From contig OZ210885.1 in assembly GCA_964658305.1 (NCBI GenBank), positions 24,738,001 through 24,802,000 on the forward strand: a stretch of DNA of 64,000 bases, given 5' to 3'. The notes under the pieces were generated by a model. That model searched no databases. It had not been told where the DNA came from and saw only the letters and a list, made by a program, of their open reading frames with translations. How positions within the stretch are numbered: position 1 is the stretch's first letter; each line of letters opens with the position of its first letter. A program made the translations under genes and the position numbers. This DNA is from Leptogorgia sarmentosa. Lineage: Eukaryota. Positions 12,690 to 26,208 of the stretch are shown here, piece by piece.

Positions 12690-13903
12690 TTACAATGGCA
12701 TGACGGGTTTGAAATAGCCTGGTTTTAATGGTGTTAGGAAAAGCAAATCACCGAATTTTCTCACTCTGGATAAGGCGACATATATCCAATGCCTTTTGGA
12801 ATGTTGTCAATGTCAAACCACAAAATAGCTCTGGCTAGGGTTTGACCTTGTGTTTTAGACATTGTTGTTGCATAGCCACCAACTCGAAATGGATAACATG
12901 TTTTTTGTGCTGTGGGTGTGTGAACAGTGACTGGGTAGGTTGCTACTAATATGTTACCGGGCAGTTTCAATATAATAGTGGAATTCTGATGCATTTCCAC
13001 TGTTGCAATTTGGCCATTGACGACATTGTTAGTTTTGTCTCGGTTCTTGGTTATCATCACTCTGATGCCTTCCGTTTCACTGTCGAGTTGACAAAGGGCA
13101 ATTGGGGTATCGTTTGCAAAAACACTGTATGAAATAAGATCATTGAAATAATTTGCTGCGTTGTTAGTGAAAGTTAAAATGGTAGTCAGTGGGTTCTGTT
13201 CAAATGCCTGAATCAATCTTTGAGGTTCTAATGTACCATCTGGGCAAAGTACCCGCCCTTCTTGCAATTCATTCAACATTGACTGAGTGGGTACCCAATT
13301 GCGAACATGATCCAGAAATTTCAAGAAGTTCGCATCTGCGAGTCTATGTTGTCCTCTTAGCAGGTGTTGGTATGTTGAAGATATAAATGTTGAATTACTA
13401 AGTGGGCTTTGTACAGTCATGGAACGATTATTTCTCTTTTCGAAAGGTTGCTGTTGACAATAGTCACCCCCGAGGACTAAGACTGGCCTGAACATTAGGC
13501 GGTTAGAAGTTGCCAAAATGTGTTCAAAAATTTTCTCTGATATCATGGATATTTCGTCAATGATAACCATGTCAAACTGTGATATAGCCCAGTTTGTAGA
13601 CAGTTGCTGGTCGGTACTAACTGGAATATTGAAAGCCGAATGCACAGTCTCACAGGTCACAACGTCGGGCAAAATTGCACGAAAACGCATTGTTAAAAAA
13701 CCGGTTGGTGCTGCCACTAGTATATTCAGGCCACGTTGAGCATGCTTTCGCACAGAATGACAAAGAACATGCGTTTTGCCTGAACCTTCCTTGCCTATAA
13801 GTAAAATGGGCTTTGCCACTCAATACGTGTTTCAAAGGCCTCTGACGCTCAATGTCCATTTCTATTTTGCAGCTTGGATCATCTACCTCAACATCACTAT
13901 CTA
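12690..13903 (-). pseudogene. PIF1/RecD-like SF1 helicase (probably TE-borne), 5'-truncated and frameshifted
   Basis: ORF 12761-13819 has Walker A GKEGSGKT, APTG, IIDEISM, GGDYCQQQP, VVNGQ and YATTMSKTQGQTL; a motif VI-like SRVR follows after a frameshift. The upstream frame is cut at 13903 by another element. Confidence 0.85.
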
Positions 13904-14135
13904 CAGGGTGTATGAAAAAAATGGTAACTCAAATTTGGTGAGCCATTTTTCACCAAATCGTTGATGGATTTCATCGAGCTTGATATCATTCGAAAGTTCA
14001 GTTCATTAGCTTTTAGATGACACGTTTTATGTGGTATTTAGTTGAGAAACCAGCGAGCAGTGCTTCGGTGAACGTTTTAAGTAAATATCGCATATTTCCA
14101 CCGATGAGAATTGCACGCAATTAAACCCAAGAGGT
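13904..14135. mobile_element. Tc1/mariner-type element end fragment
   Basis: TA|CAGGGTGTATGAAAAAAA terminus, similar to the TIR of the MITE at 30813. The second end was not seen. Confidence 0.5.
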
Positions 14136-15231
14136 TTAAGACGGCTTGCTGTAAATACCACCTATACCCATGCAGGATAGAGAAATCCGATTTTTTCATA
14201 CTTTGTCACAATAAAGGCCTTTGGTAACTTGTTTCAAAAATCTAAGTTTAGGGTTGTTTGGGTTTTTATTTTTTAGCCGAGAACGATTTATGTGTTTGAC
14301 CGCCACAAGCCAGAGAATCCGACCTCAAAAATCATCATTTTTGGACGAGATTTTAATTTCAATCTAAAGCAATAACTGCAAAGTCAAAATCTTCTTGTTA
14401 AAGTACGAACCTTGGTCTCTACTTCAGCGGTATCAGATTAAAAATAAACGTAATTCCCAATATATTTCTGATCTTTCGAATTTGTGACTTGTAACGTCAG
14501 TGTATCACGCACATAATTACGGGGAATTTGAAGGCCAAAATCGTCATCTGGTACATTGAGTATCCAAAAAATAATAATTTTCCTGTTATCAGTATCTTTT
14601 GAGCTTGACTATATAAAAAAATCAGCTCGGGTAAACGAGATGCAAAAATGTTAGAAGGTTTGAAACACTGGTCACTTCCGTTCATCTGTTGACGTCTTGA
14701 CCTTTGTTGTGTAAGGATAGTCCATGAATCATTGTTTTTTATTACTTGCTGATTTACGTAATAATTCTCCTTGTGGTCGAATAAGATCACAAGGGAGTCA
14801 ATAACCGAGATTTCAAAGGAAAATTCTCATAGTTTAGACGAAAATACACTAATTTTTCACTGTTCAGTAGTTGTTTACTTTGAAGTTGATAACTTAATTA
14901 CATAAATTCACGATGTACACACGATTATGACATCCCAATTAAGACAACAATATCTCAAACAATATAGCTTCTAGAATGACTGGACAATATACTGAAGTAT
15001 TCTGACCTTTAACAAAACTTTCCTTGGCGAGAACGTGGCAGCTTGTAATGACTTAAACGAGATTTATAACCGTTTCGAGTAAGTTCCGGTTAGTTAAAAC
15101 ATAATATTAATCGATCCAAACAGCTAGTATCCCAAATAGTAATGATTTCTTCCTGGTTTGCTGTGATGAAGAGAATTATTCACCTAAAATCTTCAGGGGT
15201 TGCATTTTGAAACTATTTGAACTAATAACTA

Positions 15232-15359
15232 GTCTATTTATTACAGTCACATGCAAGAATAAGCTCATCAAGGGCTTCGATGTACTCTTTCTTTCTTTTG
15301 TTGTTGAAATCCTCTGTTGGGATATCGAAAAACTCACAGATGGTATTGAGCATAGCTAT
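15232..15359 (-). pseudogene. Sola3-like transposase, C-terminal piece 4
   Basis: Across the BEL-2 TSD it reads LTQLSIA|MLNTICEFFDIPTEDFNNKRK, then after a frameshift YIEALDELILACDCNK*. Confidence 0.7.
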
Positions 15360-15553
15360 TGTTGTAAAATGAGATCTTCACTCATAGATTTTTATATACT
15401 TTATTAACAACCACAAGAAAATCACAAGATTTATGCTATAATTATGTTAGAATCTCAAGTCTCAACTCTTCCGATCTATATCGGTCAACCACGTGTCCTT
15501 TTTTTTTGGTTTCGCGCGATACCGCAAGACTCCCTCGAACGATAATTTATACA
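15360..15553 (-). repeat. BEL-2 3' LTR
   Basis: Direct repeat of 28645-28839. Confidence 0.96.
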
Positions 15554-15635
15554 TACTCCCCACCTTGACAGATCAGAAATATCTGTCAACATAACAACAA
15601 CGAATTAACTATTTCAGTACATACAGTTTGAACTT

Positions 15636-18600
15636 TCAGTCAATGTTTTCTTTCTCCGTTCGCTCGACAAAGGCAACTGGGAACTCCGTTGCATCTCGTT
15701 TCCCCCGTTCGGTGTCTTTCACTTCAACAGGATATAATCTTTGTACCGCTCTTCTTGTTGTAGCAATCTTTCCGGCTTTATTCAACATTCTAACAGTCGC
15801 CGCTCGAACGTTACCGTCATTCCCTCTCAGCAAGCTTTCCATAACTGCGATGGGCCAGTTTAATCTCTTAACGTTATCCTCTTCAATTAGAACGACATCT
15901 CCAACTTGCACTTCTAAGCCGTGTTTCTTACCTGGTTTGTGATGTTCCCGCAACTGCGTCAAGTACTCGGATTGCCATCTTTTCCAAAAATGTTCCAGGG
16001 TGATTTTGAGATATTTGTCCCGCTTTAACAGTTCGTTTTTCCCTTCCTCTCCTGCGAACCCTACTTGCGTTGGAGCCGTTAGTATTCGCTTTCCCAACAC
16101 TAAATGTGCCGGTGTTAATGGTTCATCTTGGTCTGGGTACACGTAAGTTAGTGGTCTAGAGTTCAGAACTCCTTCTACTCGGATCAGTAGTGTCAGGAGC
16201 TCTTCATAAGTGAGTCGAGCGTTATGCAAGGTCTTCTTCAGGCATCTTTTGACGCTTCTTACCATTCTTTCATAAAAGCCTCCCCGCCAAGGGGACTTCT
16301 CCACTATATATTGCCATCTTATGTTCACGGAAGCAATAAAACTTCTAATTTCTTTACCTTTGAATGTTTTCCCATTGTCTGAGATGATCAGCGAGGGGAT
16401 TCCATGCCTTCCGATGAATCGCTCCAAACTTCTAACGAATGCCTCACTGGACATGTCTGGAACCAAATCAAGATGCAGCGCTCTGCTGCATGAACAGGTA
16501 TACAAAGATATGTAAACCTTGTGCATATCTTTCGATGTACTATATATGTGCCGTACGTACATTGGGCCTGCGTAATCGATGCCGATTTTTGAAAAGGCAA
16601 GGTCATCGCTCAGGTGGAATTCGGGTAATGGTGGTGCTTCTGGATTTCCGTAAGGTGGACCTTCTAATCTTCGACAAATGTTACATTTTGAAAGAATCTT
16701 TTTTACGACTTGGCGACCCCTTGTTATCCAGTACTTGGCCCGGACTTGGGTCAGAGTTTCTCGAACTCCGTTGTGTATAACTTGTTCGTGGCTTCGGAGA
16801 ACCACTAATCTCGTAAAATAATGATCACTTGGCAAAAGAATGGGGAATTTCGTGTCATAGGGTAGGGGTGATTCTTGTATTCGTCCATGGCATCGTATAA
16901 TGTTCTGTTTATCTTCGAACAGGCTTAAGGAATCCTTTATCTTCTGACAATTTGCTTGCTTCGACATCGGGTATTGAATATCCTTAATCCATTTTATTTC
17001 GGCGTTACTAAATTCCTCACTGGTAATGGACCCAATTATGGTGTCGAGGTCCTGCCTGCGTTGCTTGAGGTTATAAATGAAGCGTAAGACATAAGCCGTG
17101 ACTCGAAGCAATTTCCCAATACTGCTGTATTTCGATGCATCCATCAATTCCATGATACTTGGAATTTTTGTGACGTTAACGGTTGATGTAGAGACGCTGT
17201 TTCGTGGAGACTTTAGCTCCGAATCGTCCTCTTGGTAATGGCCAGGTTGAGATGGCCACTGTTCGATGGATTTCACTAGAAACTCCGGACCGTTCCACCA
17301 CAATTTGCTTTCTACAAGCGGAGTTGCTGTTGTTCCCCGGGATGCAATGTCTGCTGGGTTCTGCTTGGTGGGGACATACTTCCATAATTCCGAGGGGGCA
17401 AGTTTCCTTATTTCACGTAGTCGATTTTCGACAAACTGTTTGTATTCTTTATTTGAATTTCGTATCCAACTGAGTACCACGGTGGAGTCAGACCAATAGG
17501 TAACTGAATCAATTCTTTTCACGTCTTCCAGGGCTTTCTTTACGCTTTCTGTTAATCGGGATGCTAGAAGGCTTGATAATAATTCCAACCGAGGTATTGT
17601 CTGCTTGGACATTGGCGCAACTCTCGTTTTTGCAGGCATCAGATTACAATGAATACCGTTCGAGTGCTCACATCGCAAATAGACACATGCACCGTAAGAA
17701 CTTTCCGACGCATCACCAAAGGAGTGCAGTTCAGTTGTCTTTGCTTGGTCATCGAACATTTCTGGAAAATAGCATCTTCGGATTCTAACGCAAGTAGCTT
17801 CTTCCATTTTTTGTAGAATCTGGTTCCATTCTTCACGGAGTTCGTTGTTAAGTTGCTCGTCCCAGTCCACCTTGCTTCTACATAACTCTTGAAACATTTG
17901 TTTCATGCGGAGAATGACTGGAGATATGAGCCCTAACGGGTCGTAAAACTTCGCTGCAGTACTCAATATACTTCTTTTCGTGATCGCGGTTTCCTTGATG
18001 GTCTTTAAGGGGGAAGAGAAAGATATGATCAACGTGTCCGTTCGGGAACTCCACACTTGACCCAAAACGCGGGGGTGGGAGTCAAGTTGCTGCGGGTCGA
18101 AAGTTGATTTAGAATATCCTTGATCTTCCTCGGTAACTGAACTTGGTAAATCCGACGGTTCTTGAGAGCTTTCGGATGAGAACTGTGGATCAGCTTGAAA
18201 CTCTGTCATTAATTCCTTACTGTTAGTTAACCATTTACGCATGTTGAAACCACCTGCGGCCAATCTGGTTTTGATCTTCTTTGCCAATGCTAGAGCTGAC
18301 CTTGTATCATCTGCACCCGAGGCGAGGTCATCCACATAGAGGGATTTTAGAACTTTGGTAACGAAGCTTGGGTCGACGGTGGAGTATTGAGTAAGATGAT
18401 GATGGAGTACCGCATTCAAGATGGCTGGACTGCATGTAAGACCAAACACTAGACGGGGAAACCTTAAGGTTATAATGTTCGGGTTTGGGTCATGAATGTC
18501 ATCAACCCAGAAGAAACGTAAATAATCTCTGTTCTGGTGAAATAGCTATGTTCAGAAAGGCCTTTTCGATATCTGCTACCATCGCCATCTTGTATACACG

Positions 18601-19263
18601 GGATCGAATTAGAATATCAAGGATGAGGGTATTGAGGGATGGTCCCGTGTGCAGACAGTCATTCAGGCTCGTTCCGGGACCTTTCGCCGACGCATCGTAC
18701 ACAACTCTTATCTTTGTTGTATTCTTATCTTCTCGAACGACTTCGCGGTGGGGCAGGTAGTGAACATTTCCGACGGGAACAAGGACATCATTGGCAGCTT
18801 CAACAACGCCAGACTTTATTTGCTCTCGTATTATTTTGTCGTACTCCTGTAGAAGGTTGGGGTTGGTCTTAAGTCGGAACATCAAGGAACTTAATCGTTT
18901 CACGGAACCAGTATGGTTATCCGGTAGTAATGGGTGCTCTTCTCGAAAGGGTAGCTTAACTTCATAATGCTCTCCATTGAAATTTATCTCTTCCATTAAT
19001 TTAGACTCGTTGGTGAACTCATTGTCTCGAATTCCTAATGTTTCAAGATCCCACAGTTTTTCTAGTTGTTTCTTTAGATAGTCAGTTGTGCTGGAAACGG
19101 CTGGTTCGGCATCAATGCGGAGAACGTGGGTGGCGTTAAGGTTAATTGAACAGCTAGTGTTCAGCCAGTGTTCGGAAAGTACCCATCCCAATCTAGTGAG
19201 GACAGCTACAGGACCAAGTTTACCTCCACGCTTTGTTGTGCCCGATACAAATTTCCAATAGTA
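15636..19263 (-). pseudogene. pol: BEL-2 pol (RT, RNase H, integrase)
   Basis: ORFs 15636-18449 and 18502-19266 contain KIRVVYDASA, ADIEKAFL, YVDD, FGDASES, TIPRLELL, NPADIASRG, IDYAGP, SDNGKTF and GGFYERM. There is a frameshift near 18510. Confidence 0.95.
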
Positions 19264-22200
19264 CACTGTAAAACTGGAGGGGTAAATATTACTCTTTCGG
19301 AGAGTAACTATTACCCATGTAAGAGGAGTAATCTATTTTGGGGTAGAAATTACTCCCGAATTGAGGGTAATTTGTACTTTAGGGGTAAAATATAGAAGAG
19401 TAATTTGACATGGGGTAAATTTTACCCCTGTTACAAGGGTAGTTGATTGCGGTGTAACTCGGGTGTAAAATAAAAAGGGGTAAAAATTACCCCACGCTTA
19501 CCCCCCAATATTTCAAGATGGCGGCAACAATAAGGAGCGCCGAGATTTCTAAGCTATTTCTGCGCTGGCAATACTGAAATTCCGCAAGCTATTATCCAAC
19601 ATTTATCATTTACTAATGATGTTGAATAAACGGTCCACTCTTGGCAAATAACAAGGTAAGCCGATCGACATTATTCACTATTTTTGAAGTGTTTAATTAC
19701 CGTACGTCTTTATCGACGAAAGCGCGCTACGTTTCTTTCCCCGCCGTGTATTCAATGTGTAGCTTTTGCCATTGTTATGAAATGTGAATGAAGCTATGTT
19801 ATTGCGCCTCACATATAAATGTTAAAAAGTGAAGCTGAAAGGACAAATAGTTTAATAATTCTCATACAGTGATTATTACATTGAATAGACGTAGTATTTG
19901 TACACGGAGCAGCACATTTGCTCGGAAAGGTCTGCTGTGAAGTTTGGTTGCAAAATATTTCACAATATGCATAGAAGATACAGTCACGGAAATTTTGCAG
20001 ATTTTGTATACTTTTGTATTACGTGCGCGCAAAGGCCTTACAATATTTCGAAATGTAATTCAAAATTTCTGGTCTTGCATGTTGCGCATTTGTCCACATA
20101 TCAAATTTAACCTGAAAGCAATAGAAACAAATGTTTGTAAATTTATCAAGTCGTGACACAATGATTAACTGTTCTGTGTCCATGTGTTTCAAATCTACCA
20201 ATCAATGAATGCGCATTTTTGGCGCTGAATTACGATGGTAAAATAACGAAACAATCAGGCTTCTCCTCTTTCGCGCTTCATCTTCGTTCATGATCAAAGC
20301 AGTGTTGACTTGGGTTTATATAACATCAACGCGTTTCACAGGTAAGCGCTTCTTATTTGTTTGATACACTGCATGTTTATACATATAAGCGTCGCTGTCG
20401 CGAAATCTGACTCTGAGTAGATCAATATATATTCAATTCAACAATATATGTGCGTTGATTAACATTGTATAATCCCTGCGTGATTTGTAAGTTGTACTTT
20501 TATGAACGAACTTATCGCCGCCAATGCGCACTGAATCCGATGGTTTATGTATGTCGGCGTGCTAACATAAACATAAGCAATAAATTCGGTGGCAGCACCT
20601 AGCCAAATCTCTTCACTCTTCATCAAGTATCAATTGTATTTATATATATGCATGGCTTATTACATTCCGGCTGACTCTTACATTGTGTATATATAGTTGC
20701 TATGAAATCTTAAAAGCTTTTAAAGTTTATACTCTATATATTGCTGAATTCCACTTTCAAATATTGCGTGTTGTTGCCACAAACTGATCAAGGTTAAGGT
20801 TCATTTGCGTTGTTGGAATGCAAAAAATGCGGGTTTGATCAATAACAGCATTCGGTGCTATTAAATTGTGTGTGTAATTTTGTATGTTGAAACTCTTCAA
20901 AATCAACAGTTTTGTTAAATGCTTTTGCTCATGTAAAAGTCATGTAAAATTTGTTAGAACTTGTATACCTGTTTTTTAAATCTTATGCGGTGATTGTGTG
21001 GCGAGATTCATGTTTCAGTATGCATGCCTAGTCGGTAAGGAAATTATCAGTTCCTATGTAAACTACACACGCATCACTTTATTATGAACCTCGATATGGA
21101 ACTATTAAGATGATGTGTTCATTAAGAACAGACCCAACTTACTGTTTTTTGTGACATAATGGCCACGCTCTTATTCTGTAAATAATACATGCAAACATGA
21201 TATAGCTCATTTGTATATTTTCCAAAGCATCAGGCATTAGGCTTTGTGTATAATATATGTAGATCTGGAGAGACTGAATATCATTACATCGCATATGTTC
21301 AAGTCGCATGAAGATCTCCTTATATTCCTAACCATTTTGTGTAGTGTATCTCATAAAAATTTGAAGTTCTTTTGGTTGCAGATTGTTTGAATATGAATTG
21401 AAATAACTCTTCACGTGCTGAAGTTTTGAGTTGGCACGACTTGAAACAGAACGTTGAGGCGGCACGCCTTGCGAAGTGGAGAAGTTTCAATTTAATGAGA
21501 ACAATTCTAATTTAACTAGCATGCACTGAATGCATACCTACTAGGAATGAATTTTGCGCCGTGCTGAAGTTTCGGGTTGTCTCGACCTGAAACAGAACGT
21601 TGAGGCGTCACGCCTTGCGAAGGTTGCAATTTTAATTCCTCATAGCTTCTGCTTGCATGCCAAAAAGAAAAAAAAATATGATGTATGAATTCCTCGCTGG
21701 ATTAAAATTGGGCTTCAAAATATGAAATCGATGAAATATTCTACACGTAATGGGTAGGAAATCAACACAAATAACTTAGCTAGTTTGAGAGTTGTATGAG
21801 CAATCTGTACATAAACGTCTACCTAATTACGAAGCGAGTTTTGAAATTATGAGATGCATGTATGAATATACCTGAATGTTGAATGTTAACTTTGATTTTT
21901 TTGCTCAAGTTCCACACTCAATTGGTCCAAGTTGTTCAACTTAAGAGCTGTTGTCATGCATTCAACATTTTAGGATAATCCAGACTGACCAGACACACTG
22001 AGCAGGTTGTTTCTTGGAGCAAGAGGAGAAATTGCGCGAGAAAAGGTCATCAAGAGCCGAGTTGGCGTTACTATTCCAAAATCTCCTGTCCTCAAGAATG
22101 GAAAGACAATGCAAAATATCACTGCAAAATTTCTGCATGATTCTACAGCTGGGAATATTGCACGCTCGAATGAACTTTTATGTTTGTTTGTTTTTATAAA

Positions 22201-22618
22201 TAGATTTTAAAATACTCTAATAAATTGACTCGCCATATAGATGTGTGTATTGTGTATTACAATAATAAAATTGGAGTGCTACAAGTGAAGTTCGATGTAT
22301 CATTACTCATGCAGGTTCCTGCCGAAATTACTTCAATTCATATTGTAGTAAAATATTGCCCCGTTGTGTACCAGGAGTAAAAATTACCCATCTTTGGTAG
22401 AAGTGTAAAATTTACCCGATTTGGTAAGAGAGTAAAAATTACCCCATTTTTATGCGGGTGAAAATTACCCCATTTCATTTGGGGGTAAAAATTACCCTTT
22501 TTATAGGGGGGTAAAAATTACTGTTTGCGCAAAATTACTCTCAAAACCCGGGGCATTCATTGGACATGAAATTTACCCCACTTTTTAGAGTAATTTTTAC
22601 TCCCCCAGTTTTACAGTG
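19264..22618 (+). mobile_element. Non-autonomous CACTG-terminated (EnSpm/CMC-type) DNA transposon, copy A
   Basis: TIR CACTGTAAAACTGG...CCAGTTTTACAGTG with 2-bp TSD TA and subterminal GGGGTAAAATTACCCC-like repeats. Removing it restores the BEL-2 frame GADY|YWK. No long ORF. Confidence 0.9.
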
Positions 22619-23053
22619 TAGTCTGCGCCAATTAATATATCTATTTCTACCTCACTGTTGGTGGACAAACTTGGGCTATCAGCAAGAGCTAAACCATGGA
22701 GGTGTGGGTATTCTTCGAGTGCTACCTCAATAGCCTGATTGCTAATTGGGCTGCAGATTTTGGGCACACTATATGCATCCATTGTAATGTCGTTCCCTTC
22801 GGTGTCTGCTACTGCAAACTTAACTTTATCACAGGCAAGGACCTTAGGCTTAGGGGCTTCATCACCAAAAGTCTTTACAAGTAGATTTTTTGATTCAACC
22901 GTCTCTAGCTTCAGGATACTTCTCAATCTATTTGATATGTAAGATCGTTGACTGCATGAATCGAACACTATTTTGGCATTGTACTTCCCATCCATTAAAG
23001 TCCCAATTTTACCTACAGGGCTCTGAGCTGTCTGAAGGAGAACTGCTGTATTG
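22619..23053 (-). pseudogene. BEL-2 aspartic protease segment stranded between the two CACTG copies
   Basis: Reads NTAVLLQTA..AKIVFDSCSQRSYIS..DILIGADY. Confidence 0.9.
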
Positions 23054-26000
23054 CACTGTAAAACTGGGGGAGTAAAAATTACTCTAAAAAGTGGGGTAAA
23101 TTTCATGTCCAATGAATGCCCCAGGTTTTGAGAGTAATTTTGCGCAAAGAGTAATTTTGCGCAAAGAGTAATTTTTACCCCCCTATAAAAGGGGTAATTT
23201 TTACCCCAAATGAAATGGGGTAATTTTCACCCGCATAAAAATGGGGTAATTTTTACTCTCTTACCAAATGGGGTAAATTCTACACTTCTACCAAAGATGG
23301 GTAATTTTTACTCCTGGTACAGAACGGGGCAATCTTTTACTACAATTTGAATTGAAGTAATTTCGGCAGGAACCTGCATGAGTAATGATACATCGAACTT
23401 CACTTGTAGTACTCCAATTTTATTATTGTAATACACAATACACACATCTATATGGCGGGTCAATTTATTAGAGTATTTTAAAATCTATTTAAAATTAACA
23501 ACAAACATAAAAGTTCATTCGAGCGCGCAATATTCCCAGCTGTAGAATCATGCAGAAATTTTGCAGTGATATTTTGCATTGTCTTTCCATTCTTGAGGAC
23601 AGGAGATTTTGGAATTGTAACGCCAACTCCGCTTTTGATGACCTTTTCTCGCGCAATTTCTCCTCTTGCCCCAAGAAACAACCTGCTTAAGTAGAACAAC
23701 TTGGACAATTAAGTGTGGAACTTGAGCAAAAAAATCAAAGTTAACATTCAACATTCAGGTCTATTGATACATGCATCGCATAATTTCAAAACTCGCTTCG
23801 TAATTAGGTAGACGTTTATGTGCAGATTGCTCATACAACTCTCAAACTAGCTAAATTATTTGTGTTGATTTCCTACCCATTACGTGTAGAATATTTCATC
23901 GATTTCATATTTTGAAGCCCAATTTTATTCCAACGAGGAATTCATACATCATATTTTTTTCTTTTTGGCATGCAAGCAGAACCTATGAGGAATTAAAATT
24001 GCATTGCGTGACGCCTCAACGTTCTGTTTCAAGTCGTGCCAACTCAAAACTTCAGCACGTGAAGAGTTATTTCAATTCATATTCAAACAATCTGCGACCA
24101 AAAGAATTTCAAATTTTTATGAGATACCCTACACAAAATGGTTAGGAATATAGGAGATCTTCATGCGACTTGAACATATGCGATGTAATGATATTTAGTC
24201 TCTCTAGATCTACATATATTATACACAAAGCCTAATGCCTGATGCTTTGGAAAATATACAAATGAGCTATATCATGTTTGCATGTATTATTTACAGAATA
24301 AGAGCGTGGCCATTATGTCACAAAAAACAGTAACTTGGGTCTGTTCTTAATGAACACATCATCTTAATAGTTCCATATCGAGGTTCATAATAAAGTGATG
24401 CGTGTGTAGTTTACATAGGAACTGATAATTTCCTTACCGACTAGGCATGCATACTGAAACATGAATCATGCCACACAATCACCGCATAAGATTTAAAAAA
24501 CAGGTATACAAGTTCTAATAAATTTTACATGACTTTTACGTGAGCAAAAGCATTTAACAAAACTGTTGATTTTGAAGAGTTTCAACATACAAAATTACAC
24601 ACACAATTTAATAGCACCGAATGCTGTTATTGATCAAACCCGCATTTTTTGCATTCCAACAACGCAAATGAACCTTAACCTTGATCAGTTTGTGGCAACA
24701 ACACGCAATATTTGAACGTGGAATTCAGCAATATATAGAGTATAATAAACTTTAAAAGCTTTTAAGATTTCATAGCAACTATATATACTACAATCTAAGA
24801 GTCAGCCGGAATGTAATAAGCCATGCATACTGTATATATAAATATAATTGATACTTGATGAAGAGTGAAGAGTTTTGGCTAGGTGTTGCCACCGAATTCA
24901 TTGCTTATGTTTATGTTAGCGCGCCGACATACATAAACCATCGGATTCAGTGCGCATTGGCGGCTATAAGTTCGTTCATAAAAGTACAACTTACAAATCA
25001 TGCAGGAATTATACAATGTTAATCAACGCACATATATTGTTGAATTGAATATATATTGATCCACTCAGAGTCAGATTTCGCGACAGCGTCGCTTGTATGT
25101 ATAAACATGCAGTGTATCAAACAAATAAGAAGCGCTTACCTGTGAAACGCGTTGATGTTATACAAACCCAACACTGCTTTGATCACAAACGAAGATGAAG
25201 CACGAAAGAGGAGAAGCCTGATTGTTTCGTTATTTTACCATCGTAATTCAGCGCCAAAAATGCGCATTCACTGATTGGTAGATTTGAAACACATGGACAC
25301 AGAAGAGTTAATCATTGTGTCACGACTTGATAAATTTACAAACATTTGTTTCTGTTGCTGTCAGATTAAATTTGATATGTGGACAAATGTGCAACATGCA
25401 AGACTACAAATTTAGAATTACAGTTTGAAATATTGTAAGGCCTTTGCGCGCACGTAATACAAAAGTATACAAAATCCGCAAAATTTCCATGACTATATTC
25501 TATGCATATTGTGAAATATTTTGCAACCAAACTTCACAGCAGACCTTTCCGAGCAAATGTGCTGCTCTGTGTACAAATACTACGTCTATTCAAAGTAATA
25601 ATCACTGTATGAGAATTATTAAACTATTTGTCCTATCAGCTTCACTTTTTAACATTTATATGTGAGGCGCAATAACATAGCTTCATTCACATTTCATAAC
25701 AATTGCAAAAGCTACACATTGAATACACGGCGGGGAAAGAAACGTAGCGCGCTTTCGTCGATAAAGACGGTAATTATAAACACTTCAAAAATAATGAATA
25801 ATGTCGTTCGGCTTACCTTGTTATTTGCCAAGAGTGGACCGTTTATTCAACATCATTAGTAAATGATAAATGTTGGATAATAGCTTGCGGAATTTCAGTA
25901 TTGCCAGCGCAGAAATAGCTTAGAAATCTCGGCGCTCCTTATTGTCGCCGCCATCTTGAAAAATTGGGGGGTAAGCGTGGGGTAATTTTTACCCCTTTTT

Positions 26001-26208
26001 ATTTTACACCCGAGTTACACCGCAATCAACTACCCTCGTATCAGGGGTAAAATTTACCCCATGTCAAATTACTCTTCTATATTCTACCCCTAAAGTACAA
26101 ATTACCCTCAATTCGGGAGTACTTTCTACCCCAAAATAGATTACTCCTCTTACATGGGTAATAGTTACTCTCCAAAAGAGTAATATTTACCCCTCCAGTT
26201 TTACAGTG
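23054..26208 (-). mobile_element. CACTG element, copy B (inverted relative to A)
   Basis: Same TIRs with 2-bp TSD TG. It is the reverse complement of copy A along its length, with substitutions and indels. Removing it restores TIYVES|NTAVLLQ. Confidence 0.9.

Noticed and set aside
19264..26208. A single giant foldback element or assembly inversion artefact
   Set aside because: Each arm has both TIRs and a different TSD, the arms are measurably diverged, and the spacer is in-frame BEL protease.
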